Shown here piece after piece: positions 38,376-50,605 of a stretch of DNA of 64,000 nucleotides. The number at the start of each line of letters is the position of its first letter. The first letter of the stretch is position 1. Source of the stretch: Planctomycetota bacterium (GTDB taxonomy: Bacteria; Planctomycetota; UBA8108; SXIK01); the NCBI GenBank assembly GCA_965223265.1, contig OZ244999.1, forward strand, positions 3,552,001 through 3,616,000, read 5' to 3'. A program made the position numbers and the translations under genes. The notes under the pieces are model-generated. The model saw only the letters and a list, made by a program, of their open reading frames with translations, did no database searches and was not told the origin of the DNA.

Positions 38376-39827
38376 ATGCCTCCAAGTGCAACGTCCCAAC
38401 ACAATCTTCTGAGCCGGCGACGGCTGCTGGATCGAGCTGCGGCGGGATTCGGTTCAGTAGCGCTGACAGCTCTTCTTTGCGATTCGGCATATGGCGCCAC
38501 GGTCTCCGCAAGCTCGCCCGGCAGGGCGCGGTCACCAAACGCTGTACGCCCAGCGCACCATCCGGCTCGCGCCAAACGCGTGATCTTTCTCTATATGGAC
38601 GGCGGCGTTTCGCAAGTCGACAGCTTCGATCCGAAGCCGCGCCTGGCACGCGAACACGGCCGTAAGTTCAACGCCAAGATCGAGCCGACGCAGTTTGACA
38701 ACATCGGCAAGACGCTCAAGTCGCCGTGGGCATTCTCGCGCTACGGTGAGAGCGGCCTAGCCGTCAGCGAGCTGTTTCCGCATGTCGGGCGCCTTGCGGA
38801 CGAACTCTGCGTGGTCCGCTCGATGGTTTCTGAGTTCTCAGAGCATCAGACCGCGAACTTCTTCCTCCACACCTGCTTCGGCATGCAGGGGCGACCGAGT
38901 GCTGGTGCCTGGGTCACGTACGGACTCGGATCGGAGAACCAGAGCCTACCTGGCTACGTCGTCATCAACGGTGGGCTGATTCCCTCCGGTGGCCTCGACA
39001 ACTTTGGCAGCAGTTTTCTGCCAGCTACCTACCAAGGTACGATCTTCAAGCCGGGCGCACGACCGGTCGCCAACGTCGAGCCACAGGAGAAGATTCCGCG
39101 GGCGCAGCGAAGAAAGCTCTCACTTCTCCGGCGTCTGGACCAGGGCGTTCTCGAGGCGACCGGTGAAGTCGACGCCATCGAGTCGGCGATCGCCAACTAT
39201 GAGATGGCTTTTCGCATGCAATCCGCGGTGCCGTCCTTGGTTGACTTTGCTGGCGAGAGCGCCGCCGTTCGCCGCCTCTACGGTATGGAGTCGGAATTCG
39301 AGCCGACGCGCACGTTCGGCGCGCAGTGCCTGATCGCGCGGCGCATGGTGGAACGCGGTGTTCGCTTCGTTGAACTGACTTGTCCTCGCATCAGCGGCTG
39401 TGATCGCTGGGATGCCCATGTCGGACTCCGTACCAACCATGGTCGCAACGCCCGCGCGGTCGATCAGCCGATCGCAGGCTTGCTCCAAGATCTCAAAGCG
39501 CGCGGGCTGCTCGATGAGACGTTGGTGGTTTGGGCGGGAGAGTTCGGACGCACACCGTTCGCGCAAGGGTCGAACGGACGCGACCACAGTCCGTTCGGCT
39601 TCACGATCTGGCTGGCCGGTGGTGGCGTACGCCGCGGCACCGTCCACGGGGCCACCGATGAGTTCGGCTACCACGCCATCGAGAACCGCGTCGAGATCTA
39701 CGACCTGCACGCGACGATCCTGCATCTTCTCGGGATCGACCACAAGCGGCTCACGTTCCGCTTCAGCGGCCGCGACATGCGCCTCACGGACGTTCACGGC
39801 GAAGTGGTGAAGGGTGTTGTTGAGTGA
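38376..39827 (+). CDS. DUF1501 family protein (PSD1-coupled subfamily)
   Basis: SRRRLL Tat motif; AKRVIFLYMDGGVSQVDSFDPKP, WDAH, GEFGRTP, GRDH and RLTDVHG. Confidence 0.93.
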   Translation: MPPSATSQHNLLSRRRLLDRAAAGFGSVALTALLCDSAYGATVSASSPGRARSPNAVRPAHHPARAKRVIFLYMDGGVSQVDSFDPKPRLAREHGRKFNAKIEPTQFDNIGKTLKSPWAFSRYGESGLAVSELFPHVGRLADELCVVRSMVSEFSEHQTANFFLHTCFGMQGRPSAGAWVTYGLGSENQSLPGYVVINGGLIPSGGLDNFGSSFLPATYQGTIFKPGARPVANVEPQEKIPRAQRRKLSLLRRLDQGVLEATGEVDAIESAIANYEMAFRMQSAVPSLVDFAGESAAVRRLYGMESEFEPTRTFGAQCLIARRMVERGVRFVELTCPRISGCDRWDAHVGLRTNHGRNARAVDQPIAGLLQDLKARGLLDETLVVWAGEFGRTPFAQGSNGRDHSPFGFTIWLAGGGVRRGTVHGATDEFGYHAIENRVEIYDLHATILHLLGIDHKRLTFRFSGRDMRLTDVHGEVVKGVVE

Positions 39828-39835
39828 GGGGCGAC

Positions 39836-41338
39836 TTACTGCGCCGTGCGCACAGCGCGTACCCAGTAACTGCTGGATTTCGGCGCGTGGTATACGTCGC
39901 CGCCGTACCAGAAGTTCACGAAGTCTGCCGCTATCGGGTTGTCGCCCAATTCACCCGCCGGCTCAAGGTTGGATGAAGCCCAGTAACGCACCGACTCGCT
40001 CGTGAACGCCGAGTCGATGGCGGGATCGTGTCTACCGTAGTCGACGAGACTCTCGAGTTCGCGCGTATTGGGAAGCCGCCAGTCACTATGGCTCGCATGC
40101 TCGAGACCTTCGCAGTACTGGAGCGCCTCTTGCCACGTGACCCGGTCCGGACTCGCGGACGAAATCGTGATCTCGCCGTCGCCGTTGATATCAGCCGTCG
40201 CCTGCTGCCACATCAAGTCCGTGCAAGTGTCTGTGATCGTGCCGTCGCCGTTGTCGCGGAAGCGCTCCGCTGACGAGCAGCCGGTCGCATAGTAACCATC
40301 TTGCCCGGCCCAGTCCTCGCTTGCACAGTCAACGACGCCACCGAGGTCGTCAAAGCAGAGCGTCTGACCCGTGTCGGGGAGACCCAACCGCGCCGGGCAG
40401 GCTGGCGGGATCGTGACAGGATCTCCAAGAAAGAGATGCCCGAGGAGCGAGATCGCGTCGCTCACGTCGATCGAGCCGTCCGCATTGATATCACCGTTCT
40501 CTGCTGCACAGCCGGTCCGCACCGCCAGGACGAACGTACGGCGCTCTTTCGTCCACAGCGCGAGCTCGCTGGAGGCGTAGAACGTCACGAGAATCGCGAA
40601 CTCCGAAAGATCGGCGTGACTCGTAGAGGTCCAGTACTTTGCGAGCTGAACGTCGAAGACGGGATCTACGGCCGGCTGTGGATGACGTCTTTCATAGTCG
40701 ACGATGCTCTGGAGTTCTCGTGCGTTGGGGAGTCGCCAGTCGTCGTAGCCAGCGTGCCGAAGCTCCTCACAGTGTCGAAGGGCTTCCTGCCAAGTAACGC
40801 CATCGGGACCGGGGTCGACATTCGTCTCGGGCGTAATCTCGCCGTCCTCGTTGATATCGGCGGTCGATCGTTGCCACATGAGACCGGTGCAGGTGTCGGA
40901 AACAGTTTGGTCGCCGTTGTCGATGAAACGATCTTCGGAGGGGCAGCCGGTCGCGTAGAACGCGTCCTGACCGGGCCAGGCACTACTGTCACAGTCGACC
41001 GGACGCGCGGCATCGTCGTAGCACCCCGTCTGGCCGGTGTCCGGAATGCCGGCCGGCACCAGAGACAAGGGCGTGAGCTGCATCGGGGTGCCGATGAAAA
41101 GATGATTGAGCAGCGTGATCGCATCGCTCACGTCCGCTCCGCCGTCCGCGTTGACGTCGCCGTTCACCACAACAAACCCTTCGTCTGTATCTGCGGCCGC
41201 AGCGGTGCTTCCTAACATCAGCTGGCCGATCATTATCACGAACGCCAGTAGCGATGGCCCACGCACGTAATGCCCCGCCCGTGGGTTCGTCACACAAAAA
41301 GCACTCCCGCTGTCTCGGCTGACTGAGACGCACTGCAT
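39836..41338 (-). CDS. Secreted protein with two tandem [dockerin-like + DUF1566/Lcl] modules
   Basis: GGAGGT RBS; two copies of NGDxNADG..DVSDAI.LL.HLF and of PDTGQT...DNGD.T..D..T.LMWQ...WRLPN.REL...AVR. Confidence 0.88.
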   Translation of the reverse strand: MQCVSVSRDSGSAFCVTNPRAGHYVRGPSLLAFVIMIGQLMLGSTAAAADTDEGFVVVNGDVNADGGADVSDAITLLNHLFIGTPMQLTPLSLVPAGIPDTGQTGCYDDAARPVDCDSSAWPGQDAFYATGCPSEDRFIDNGDQTVSDTCTGLMWQRSTADINEDGEITPETNVDPGPDGVTWQEALRHCEELRHAGYDDWRLPNARELQSIVDYERRHPQPAVDPVFDVQLAKYWTSTSHADLSEFAILVTFYASSELALWTKERRTFVLAVRTGCAAENGDINADGSIDVSDAISLLGHLFLGDPVTIPPACPARLGLPDTGQTLCFDDLGGVVDCASEDWAGQDGYYATGCSSAERFRDNGDGTITDTCTDLMWQQATADINGDGEITISSASPDRVTWQEALQYCEGLEHASHSDWRLPNTRELESLVDYGRHDPAIDSAFTSESVRYWASSNLEPAGELGDNPIAADFVNFWYGGDVYHAPKSSSYWVRAVRTAQ

Positions 41339-41462
41339 AGGACGAACACCTCCCCGTTTCTGTACTTTCTGCGATTGTCCGCCGCGCGGAACGCAGAAGC
41401 AAGCGGAACCCTGTCCGGGCGCACGTATTGAAGCCAGCCCTTAGCGTCGATCGGATCAAGCA

Positions 41463-43394
41463 TCAAACGTCGCAGCGCCGAGCTGCGCAGGCATCGTCGG
41501 ATGCGGACTCGCAGGCGGGAAAGCTGCCTGGTGGAGGCCCACTGACGAAGAGGAAGCGGAGGAGAAAAATTGGGTCGGAGATGTCTATCTCACCATCGCT
41601 GTTGGTGTCGCACGCGGACGTGCACGCGGGAAGGTCCGCACCGCGAAAGAGGCCCTCGAGGATCAGCAACGCGTCCGACAAACGGGCGATGCCGTCGTTC
41701 AGGCAGTCACCGCGCAGAAACCGCGGATCGGTGTTCGGCAGGACCTCGAAATCGACCGCCGTGGCGTCTTGAGCTACACCGTCTGAGACCAGAAGCTCGA
41801 ACGAGTAGTCACCGGTCCGCGTCAGGCGGGCGATGGTCCGCGGCGCGGTCGGCTCAGTTAAAGTGACGCCTCCGGGTCCAGACGTCTGCCGCCACAGAAA
41901 GTCAAGCTGCTGCACTCCGCCGTCACCGTCGTCCGAACCGCTCGCATCGAGAAGCACCTCGGCCACGCCGCCAGCAAGGATGATCGGATCGTCACCGAAG
42001 TCAGTCTGCGCCACGGCTACCGGTGACGTGTTGACGAGCACAGGTTCGCTCGGGCCGTACGGTATCGCCGGGACAAGTCCCCAGTAGTCGAGCTCGATCG
42101 CATCGCCGGTCGTCGCTTCTCGCGGTAGATGGAGTTGCATGACTCCGACGTGTCTGTCCTCAGACCACTCTCCCTGCGTCGCGGCGTCCAGATCGAGGGA
42201 CCCGTCACTTCGCGCCTTGCCGGCGACGTCGATCAGCACGCTCTGCAAAGTGGACGCCCCGCCGTCGTCTCGAAAACCCGTGCTGTCGCGGTCGGCGAAC
42301 AAGTACTCGAACGTCCAAACATCCTCGCCCCCCTCACCGACCACGCTGCGCGCGACTTGGGCACGCCGAAAACCGAATGCGAGCCCCTGAAAGTCCGGGT
42401 CTAAATGACCGGCGAAAAGCGTCTCGAGGACCGGGCGAGGAGGGTCGTTCACGGTCGTGGCGAAAATGTCAAAATGGAGGGCGCCATTGGCCGCGACGAG
42501 ACCCGTGGCGTCCTGCACGGCAGTGAGACCCTGTTCATCGGCAGCAAACTCGAAGCGGTAATCCTCGCGCAAACGGATCCAGTCGACTTCGATGATAGCA
42601 TCTTCAAACCGCAAGTCGTCCTTCTGCAAGTCGTCGACGAAATCGAGTCGCAGCGCTGTGTTCACTTCACCGGCAGTCCAGAGCCCATCCTGAAGGTTTT
42701 GCTTGCCGTCGACAAACTGTGGTCCGGGAACGACGCTGAGCTCCTGGACGTTGAGGGGAACCAAGATCGTTTGGAATTCCTCCATGAGAGTCGGCAGCGA
42801 CACGATGTGGCGCGATTTGATCTGCGGCCACGGCGCGCCCCAAAAAATGCTCAGTCGATCGCGGTCAGTGGGGTTCTTGATGCGGATCTCGAGCACTTTG
42901 TAAAAATCTGCGGCGTACGTTGTGGTCGTCTCGATGTAAGGGTCAATGAACGAATCGCCGTTGAGATCGCCGATCTGCGCGCTCAACACACCGCCAGCGA
43001 TCGTGAGGCTCGCGTCGACGACGCGGTCGTTCCAGCCCTCGGGATCACCTGCGCGATCGAACTGCCAGCTGCGAGACAGAGTCGCGAAGTACGTGTCGCC
43101 GGTCATCACCTCGATGCCGCCGAACTCGAACCCGCCGCCAACGGCGCGGACAGAGCCGAGCGACGTGGCCTCTTGATCACCGCGCGAGCGGCGCCACAGC
43201 TCAACGTAGACGCCGAGCCGGTTCGGTGCTCCACGCCCCGTGACCGACTGGTTCGGCCCAACCGAGATCGGCTCGTCGATCACGAGCTGGGTGTCGTATG
43301 ACTTTGTTGGAATCTGTGCGTTGAGGCCTGACACCACAAGCAGGCAAACGCACGCGAGTCCCTGCGGTCCGAGAAGTGACGGTAGCGGCATCAC
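41463..43394 (-). CDS. Secreted protein with beta-sandwich domains, PKD domain and C-terminal dockerin-like module
   Basis: Signal peptide; LDASGS.D...WRQTSGP...GDYSFELLVSDG (PKD); FLRGDC.NDG...C..ACDTNSDGEIDISDPI.LL.FLF. Confidence 0.8.
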   Translation of the reverse strand: MMPLPSLLGPQGLACVCLLVVSGLNAQIPTKSYDTQLVIDEPISVGPNQSVTGRGAPNRLGVYVELWRRSRGDQEATSLGSVRAVGGGFEFGGIEVMTGDTYFATLSRSWQFDRAGDPEGWNDRVVDASLTIAGGVLSAQIGDLNGDSFIDPYIETTTTYAADFYKVLEIRIKNPTDRDRLSIFWGAPWPQIKSRHIVSLPTLMEEFQTILVPLNVQELSVVPGPQFVDGKQNLQDGLWTAGEVNTALRLDFVDDLQKDDLRFEDAIIEVDWIRLREDYRFEFAADEQGLTAVQDATGLVAANGALHFDIFATTVNDPPRPVLETLFAGHLDPDFQGLAFGFRRAQVARSVVGEGGEDVWTFEYLFADRDSTGFRDDGGASTLQSVLIDVAGKARSDGSLDLDAATQGEWSEDRHVGVMQLHLPREATTGDAIELDYWGLVPAIPYGPSEPVLVNTSPVAVAQTDFGDDPIILAGGVAEVLLDASGSDDGDGGVQQLDFLWRQTSGPGGVTLTEPTAPRTIARLTRTGDYSFELLVSDGVAQDATAVDFEVLPNTDPRFLRGDCLNDGIARLSDALLILEGLFRGADLPACTSACDTNSDGEIDISDPIFLLRFLFVSGPPPGSFPACESASDDACAARRCDV

Positions 43395-43436
43395 GTAACT
43401 CCTGAATCCGGCCGAGTGCGGGAGCTGTCAGCACGT

Positions 43437-43464
43437 TTATCGGCAAGTCGTTCCCGGAACTTGA
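43437..43464 (-). promoter_or_regulatory. Sigma28/FliA-like promoter
   Basis: Minus strand TCAAGTTC-N12-GCCGATAA, with a perfect -10 and a spacer 1 nt longer than consensus, about 40 nt upstream of the 41463..43394 gene. Confidence 0.5.
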
Positions 43465-43769
43465 GTGAGGGCTTGCCCTGTTAGTAAGACGTTAGGTCAT
43501 GCTGTTCGGTAGGGGAGGCCCAGGCCGGAGACCTAAGACGTTCACAGCGCAGTGGGCGCACCATGAAACGAATCGGGCGCATCGACGTCTATTCTTACGC
43601 AGGAGAGCCGCGACTTGGCCGACGGAGTGATTCAGCGGCGTGATCGTCTCAGACGACGCAGTCCCGGTCAGGCGACGCAAGATCGGGCGAAAGCGCCGTT
43701 TGACGAGCCGTTTTGCAAGCGGCGCACGCTCCACCCTTCACTTTTGGCAGTTCATTGAGGAGGACGGAC

Positions 43770-44471
43770 ATGGGAAGGTACGCACTGAAGGATTTTCTCG
43801 CCGCGACACAACAGCGCGATCGCGATCAGGGGCACTTTGAGCTCGAGAGCGAGCGCATCCTAGAGGTCAACCTCGCTGGGTCAGTGTGGACCAAAAGCGG
43901 CTCAATGATCGCATACTCCGGAGACATCGCCTTCACGCGGGAAGGGATCCTCGAGCACGGCCTTGGAAAGCTGTTCAAGAAGGCACTCACTGGCGAGGGG
44001 GCACGGCTCACCAAGGCAGACGGGCACGGCAAGCTCTACCTCGCCGATGTAGGGAAAAAAATCTCGATCTTGGAGTTGAGCGGCGAAGCCGTCTATGTCA
44101 ACGGCAACGACCTTCTCGCATTCGAGGAGACTCTCGAGTGGAACGTCGAAATGATGAAGAAGATCTCCGCCATGCTCGCGGGGGGACTGTTCAACCTGCG
44201 CATTCAAGGCAGCGGTCTCCTCGCCTTCACGACTCACTACGAACCGCTGACCCTGGCCGTGCGTCCCGGGCAACCAGTGTTCACGGATCCCAACGCCACG
44301 GTGGCGTGGGCGTCATCCTTGAAGCCGGAGTTCAAGACCGACGTATCGCTGAAATCGTTCTTCGGTCGAGGTAGCGGCGAAAGCTTCCAAATGAAGTTCG
44401 ACGGGACAGGCTTCGTCGTCGTACAGCCATTCGAGGAAGTTGCGTTCCAGGGCGAGAAGTCGAATGGCTAG
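43770..44471 (+). CDS. AIM24 family protein
   Basis: GAGGAGG RBS; KSGSMIAYSG, KKALTGEG, GGLFN, DPNATVAW and GRGSGESFQ. Confidence 0.9.
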   Translation: MGRYALKDFLAATQQRDRDQGHFELESERILEVNLAGSVWTKSGSMIAYSGDIAFTREGILEHGLGKLFKKALTGEGARLTKADGHGKLYLADVGKKISILELSGEAVYVNGNDLLAFEETLEWNVEMMKKISAMLAGGLFNLRIQGSGLLAFTTHYEPLTLAVRPGQPVFTDPNATVAWASSLKPEFKTDVSLKSFFGRGSGESFQMKFDGTGFVVVQPFEEVAFQGEKSNG

Positions 44472-44531
44472 TCCTGCGCTTGACGCCCAGCACACAGCCA
44501 CCGCCGCTATCGGCCTTCCGGGCGCGAATGG

Positions 44532-45146
44532 TTAGCGAGTTCCCGCTGACAGAATCGCCAGCGCCCGTTGGCGTACGGATGGGTAGGAATAGATGGCGTG
44601 CTGCTCAGCTGGCGGCAGCGACAGCTGCACGAGGAGCAGATCACTCAGGAGGCTGATTGATAGATCGTCCGGCAATTCAACCGGCGCATCGTTGAGATGA
44701 CTGAGCGCGCGAAGGAGTTCTGGTCGCAGCTTTGCTTCCTCTTCCTTTGAACACGCCGACTCCTGCACCAGCTTCGCGTTCACGAGTCGGTACGGAGAGC
44801 GACTCGGAATCTCTTCGATGAAGACGCGGGCGAAGCCACGCAGGAGAAGGTTGTAACGCCCATCCTCCAATCTTCGATACTTCTCGATCCGCCCAATACC
44901 AGCGACCGGAGCGACCGGCGGTGCCCCTAAAAGGTCCTGCGGCGAAGCGCCCAGCACAGTTCCAAGAACGATGTCGCCGGAACCATCCAACACATCTTCG
45001 ATCATCGCGATGTAACGTGGTTCAAAAATGTGCAGTGCTTGAAGGAGTCCCGGAAAGAGCATCACGTCAGGCAGAGGAAAAAGAGGAACGATGCGTTCGT
45101 CTTCGTTCTTGGGTGGATCTGCAAGGTCTCTGCTGTTCGCTTCCAT
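44532..45146 (-). CDS. LON peptidase substrate-binding domain protein
   Basis: PLFPLPDVMLFPG...LHIFEPRY and DGRYNLLLRG; no AAA+ or protease domain. Confidence 0.9.
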   Translation of the reverse strand: MEANSRDLADPPKNEDERIVPLFPLPDVMLFPGLLQALHIFEPRYIAMIEDVLDGSGDIVLGTVLGASPQDLLGAPPVAPVAGIGRIEKYRRLEDGRYNLLLRGFARVFIEEIPSRSPYRLVNAKLVQESACSKEEEAKLRPELLRALSHLNDAPVELPDDLSISLLSDLLLVQLSLPPAEQHAIYSYPSVRQRALAILSAGTR

Positions 45147-45493
45147 CGATCGTGCCGCGTCAACTCCTTCGTTCGCGCCATGCAGTCGCACAGTCGCACA
45201 GTCACATACACAAATCACACAGCCGCACATAGGGGGCTGCGTGCATTCCGCTGCCAGCGGGTCCTTCCCATCATGTCGACGGGAGAGAGAAAAGCAAGGT
45301 CATCCCAAAGGCACGTCAAGAACGACAAAACGGAGTCAGGGAAATGGCGGGGAAAACAAAAACAGGTCACCCCCAAGCACTCTGTGCGGCGACTTCGAGG
45401 CGTTCAAAGGAGTGCGCAAAAGCGACCGACTCCGGTGCTGATCTGAGCCGCATGACTTGACCGCTCGCGCGACACCCAGTAACTTCTGTCTAC

Positions 45494-48400
45494 ATGAAAC
45501 GCTGTCGGCTGAATCAACTCTTTGAGCGGTTTGTGTTCGTGCGATCGGCCGGCCTCGAACGCCGAATGCAGCGCCGAGCGGCGTCGATGTTGACGCTGTT
45601 CGTTAGTTTCTCGCTCGCCGTGAACATACCCCAAGGGAGACACGACGCCTTGGCTCTTGCCGCCGACGTGTCGCCCACAGACGATCCGCGCGTTGACTTC
45701 GGCCGCGATGTGAGGCCGATTTTCAAGCGCCGTTGCTATCGCTGTCACGGCAGTAAGAAGCAGCAAGCGGGCCTACGGCTCGACGACCGTGAGGCGACGT
45801 TCGCCGGCGGTGATTCCGGGCCTGCGCTGGTACCAGGCGACGCCGCTGCGAGCGACCTCATCGCTCGCGTCTCCTCCGCCGATCCCGAACTGCGCATGCC
45901 TCCCAAAGGCCCGCGGCTGTCTTCCCAGGAGATCAAGCTGCTGCGCAAGTGGATCGACCAAGGCGCGCGCTGGCCGCAGGATCAGGCGACCAGCGCACGC
46001 TCCTCATCAGAGCACTGGGCATACCAACCTCTGCGGCCCGCCGCTCCACCGGCAGTAACCCAAGACGAGTGGGTGGTGCAGCCGCTCGATCGTTTCATCC
46101 TCGCGCGCCTTGAGTCGGCCAAGCTTTCGCCCTCGGCATCGGCGGACCGGGCAACGCTGATTCGCCGTGCCACGCTTGACGTCACCGGTCTGCTACCGAC
46201 TGTCGACCAGGTGGAAACGTTTGTCGCCGATCCACGCCCGGACGTTTACGGGCGCTTGGTCGACCGTCTACTGGAGTCACCACACTACGGAGAGCGCTGG
46301 GGAGCCCACTGGCTTGATGTCGCGCGCTACGCAGACTCCAACGGCTTCACCATCGACAGCTCCCGGTCGATTTGGAAATACCGCGACTGGGTGATCGACG
46401 CGCTGAACAGGGATTTGCCTTTTGATCAATTCACCATCGAGCAGATCGCGGGTGACTTGTTGGAGAATCCTTCGGTCGAGCAGATCGTCGCCACAGGGTT
46501 TCATCGAAACACGTTGATCAACGAAGAAGGGGGGACGGACGACGAGCAGTTTCGAGTCGAGTCCATCGTCGACCGCGTCAATACGACGGGCGCCGTTTGG
46601 CTTGGCCTCACCGTCGGCTGCGCGCAGTGTCATAGCCACAAGTACGATCAACTCACGCAGCGCGAGTACTATCAACTGTATGCGTTCTTCAACAATGCCG
46701 ATGAACCGACGATCCGCGTCGTTCCGCAGCCCAGGCTAGCAGAGCGAAAACAGCTGGAAGCCGCTGTCGGAGAGGCCGAAGAAGCGCTCGCAGCATATGA
46801 CCGAGCACTGGGCAAAAACCTCAGCGAATGGGAAGCTCAGTTCAAGGGAAAGCTGCCCCTCGCTTGGTCGATCGTGCAGAGCGAGGCCGCCCACTCGGCC
46901 GCCGGCGCGTCGTTGGAGACCCTCAGCGACGGGTCGCTGCTCGCCGGTGGCACACTCGCCGCGAAAGACACCTATACGATCAGCGCACGCACAAATCTGC
47001 GTCAAATCTCTGCGCTTCGCGTCGAGGTTCTCAAAGACGAAACACTTCCCGCGGGGGGACCGGGCCGGGCGCACCATGGCAATTTCATGCTCACGGAGAT
47101 CGAGCTGGAGATCGGCGGCAAAGCCGTCAGTTGGCAGAGAGCCTATGCCGACGACGAGATGCGAGGACGTGACGCCAAAGCGGCAATCGACGGCAAGCCA
47201 GACAGCGGTTGGTCCCTCGACCTTTCCGAGGGTCGCCTACCTGAGGCAAGCCAGGGTGGATTCGTCATCGCAGGCGGACCGGTCTCTGCCCCCGAAGGGG
47301 GCCAGTTGACTATTCGTCTGCGGCAGGAAGGCTTACCGAAGCAGCTCCTCGGACGCTTTCGCCTCAGCGTCAGCGATGGCGACTCGCTTGCCGTCGGCGC
47401 GACGTTCGCAGTACAGCGTGCGCTTGCGGTCGACGCCGATTCCCGCAGCGATTACGAGAGAGAAGTGCTTCGTGCTGCACAGCGAGAAAGTGATCCGAGC
47501 CGAGCTGCGCCTGTCAAAACAGTCAATGCGGCGAAAAAGGAGCTCGACACTTTTCTTGCCGCGTTTCCGAACTCGATGGTGATGCGAGAGCGTCGCGAGC
47601 CGCGTCAAACGCACATTCACATCCGTGGAAACTTTCTCCGCAAGGGAGATCAGGTATCACCGGGGGTTCCCGGAGTCTTGCCGCCGCTCGAGCAGAGTGG
47701 GCGACCGCTCAACCGCCTCGACCTGGCACGCTGGCTCGTCCGTACGGACCAACCTCTGACCGCGCGCGTCATCGTCAATCGTATTTGGCAGCGCTATTTC
47801 GGCATTGGTTTGGTGGAGACCGAGAACGATTTTGGTGTCCAAGGCACTCCTCCTTCGCATCCAGCCCTCCTTGATTGGCTGGCGGGCGAGTTCATGCGCG
47901 GCGGGTGGAGTCTGAAGCGGTTTCACCGCATGATTCTGACCTCGGCGACCTACCGCCAGAGCTCTCACGCGCGCCCGGACGCTGCTGCTCTCGACCCAAA
48001 GAATCTCCTGCTGGCTCGCCAAAACCGCATCCGACTCGACGCAGAAGTCATCCGCGACGCAGTCCTCAGTGCCAGCGGGCTGCTTGTGCAGCAGATCGGG
48101 GGCGCTGGCGTCTACCCGCCGCAGCCAAGTGGCATCTACAAGTTCACACAGAACGACAAGAAGTGGCGCGATAGTACAGGTCGCGACCGCTACCGCCGCG
48201 GTATGTACACGTTCTACTGGCGTTCAAGCCCGCATCCTTTTCTTACAACATTCGACAAACCGAAGCGAGTGCTGACATGCACCCGGCGTGTACGGTCGAA
48301 CACTCCTCTTCAGGCTCTGACGCTAGCGAATGATCGAGGTATCTTCGAAGTCGTTCGTGCGATGGGTCGACGGATTCTCGAAGAAACGCCAACAGCGACG

Positions 48401-48675
48401 ACGGAAGAGCGGATTGCTTACGCGTTTCGCATCTGCACAGGCCGCATCGCAAAGCCTGAAGAGCTCCAGAGCTTGCAGCGGTTTTGGTCAACGCAGCGGG
48501 CAGAGTTCGAACACGACCTCGAGGCGGCGTCGCGGGTGATCGGCGCTGCGGTGGAAGCTCCAGCAGATTCGACGCCGTCACGAGACAGGAGCGCGCCGAG
48601 CGAGGCGGCAGAACTCGCCGCGTGGACGAGTTTGGCTCGGGTGTTAGTGAACTTGGACGAGTTCATTACGAGGGA

Positions 48676-48679
<4 letters not shown>
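45494..48679 (+). CDS. PSD1/planctomycete cytochrome c protein (DUF1549 + DUF1553) with central insert; start may be ~70-90 nt downstream
   Basis: VDFGRDVRPI...CYRCH, WLDVARYADS, CAQCHSHKYD, PSHPALLDWLA, SNTPLQAL and NLDEFITRE. Confidence 0.92.
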
Positions 48680-50169
<1,490 letters not shown>

Positions 50170-50326
50170 GCGTCGCTTCTTCCCGGCCGCGACAGCTCCG
50201 CATATCCGCGACAGCGCGGTACAACGTACTCTGTCGTTAGCTCCCAGGCAGGCGTGACCGGAACCCAGCAATGCTTCGAACCGGTTCGCAACGGTTCATG
50301 CACAAGAACAATTGAGGAAAAAAACC

Positions 50327-50563
50327 ATGGCTCAACGCAAGAAGCGCCGCAAGCGAGACATCGAAAAGAACTATCCGCGCCGTCAATTCATCGCTAAGCT
50401 CCGTCGTTTGGCCGACTGCCTCGAAAACGACAGTCGATTCCGCATCCAGATCGCGGGCGAGCGCGTCTCGATTCCACCCGACGCGGAAATCAACATCGAG
50501 CACGAACGCACCGCGACCGAGGAGGAGATCGAGCTGCAGCTCAAGTGGCGACTGGACGAGTGA
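50327..50563 (+). CDS. Amphi-Trp domain-containing protein
   Basis: RDIEK.Y...F..KLRRLAD.LE...F.IQIAGER..IP..A...IEHER...EE.E.QLKW. Confidence 0.85.
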   Translation: MAQRKKRRKRDIEKNYPRRQFIAKLRRLADCLENDSRFRIQIAGERVSIPPDAEINIEHERTATEEEIELQLKWRLDE

Positions 50564-50605
50564 CGAGTACGGCTTGACCCGTGCTCCGAGATCGAACGAA
50601 ACGGT

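Noticed and set aside
39836-43394. Complete diversity-generating retroelement
   Set aside because: No reverse transcriptase, Avd or AAC-rich template repeat is visible in the window.
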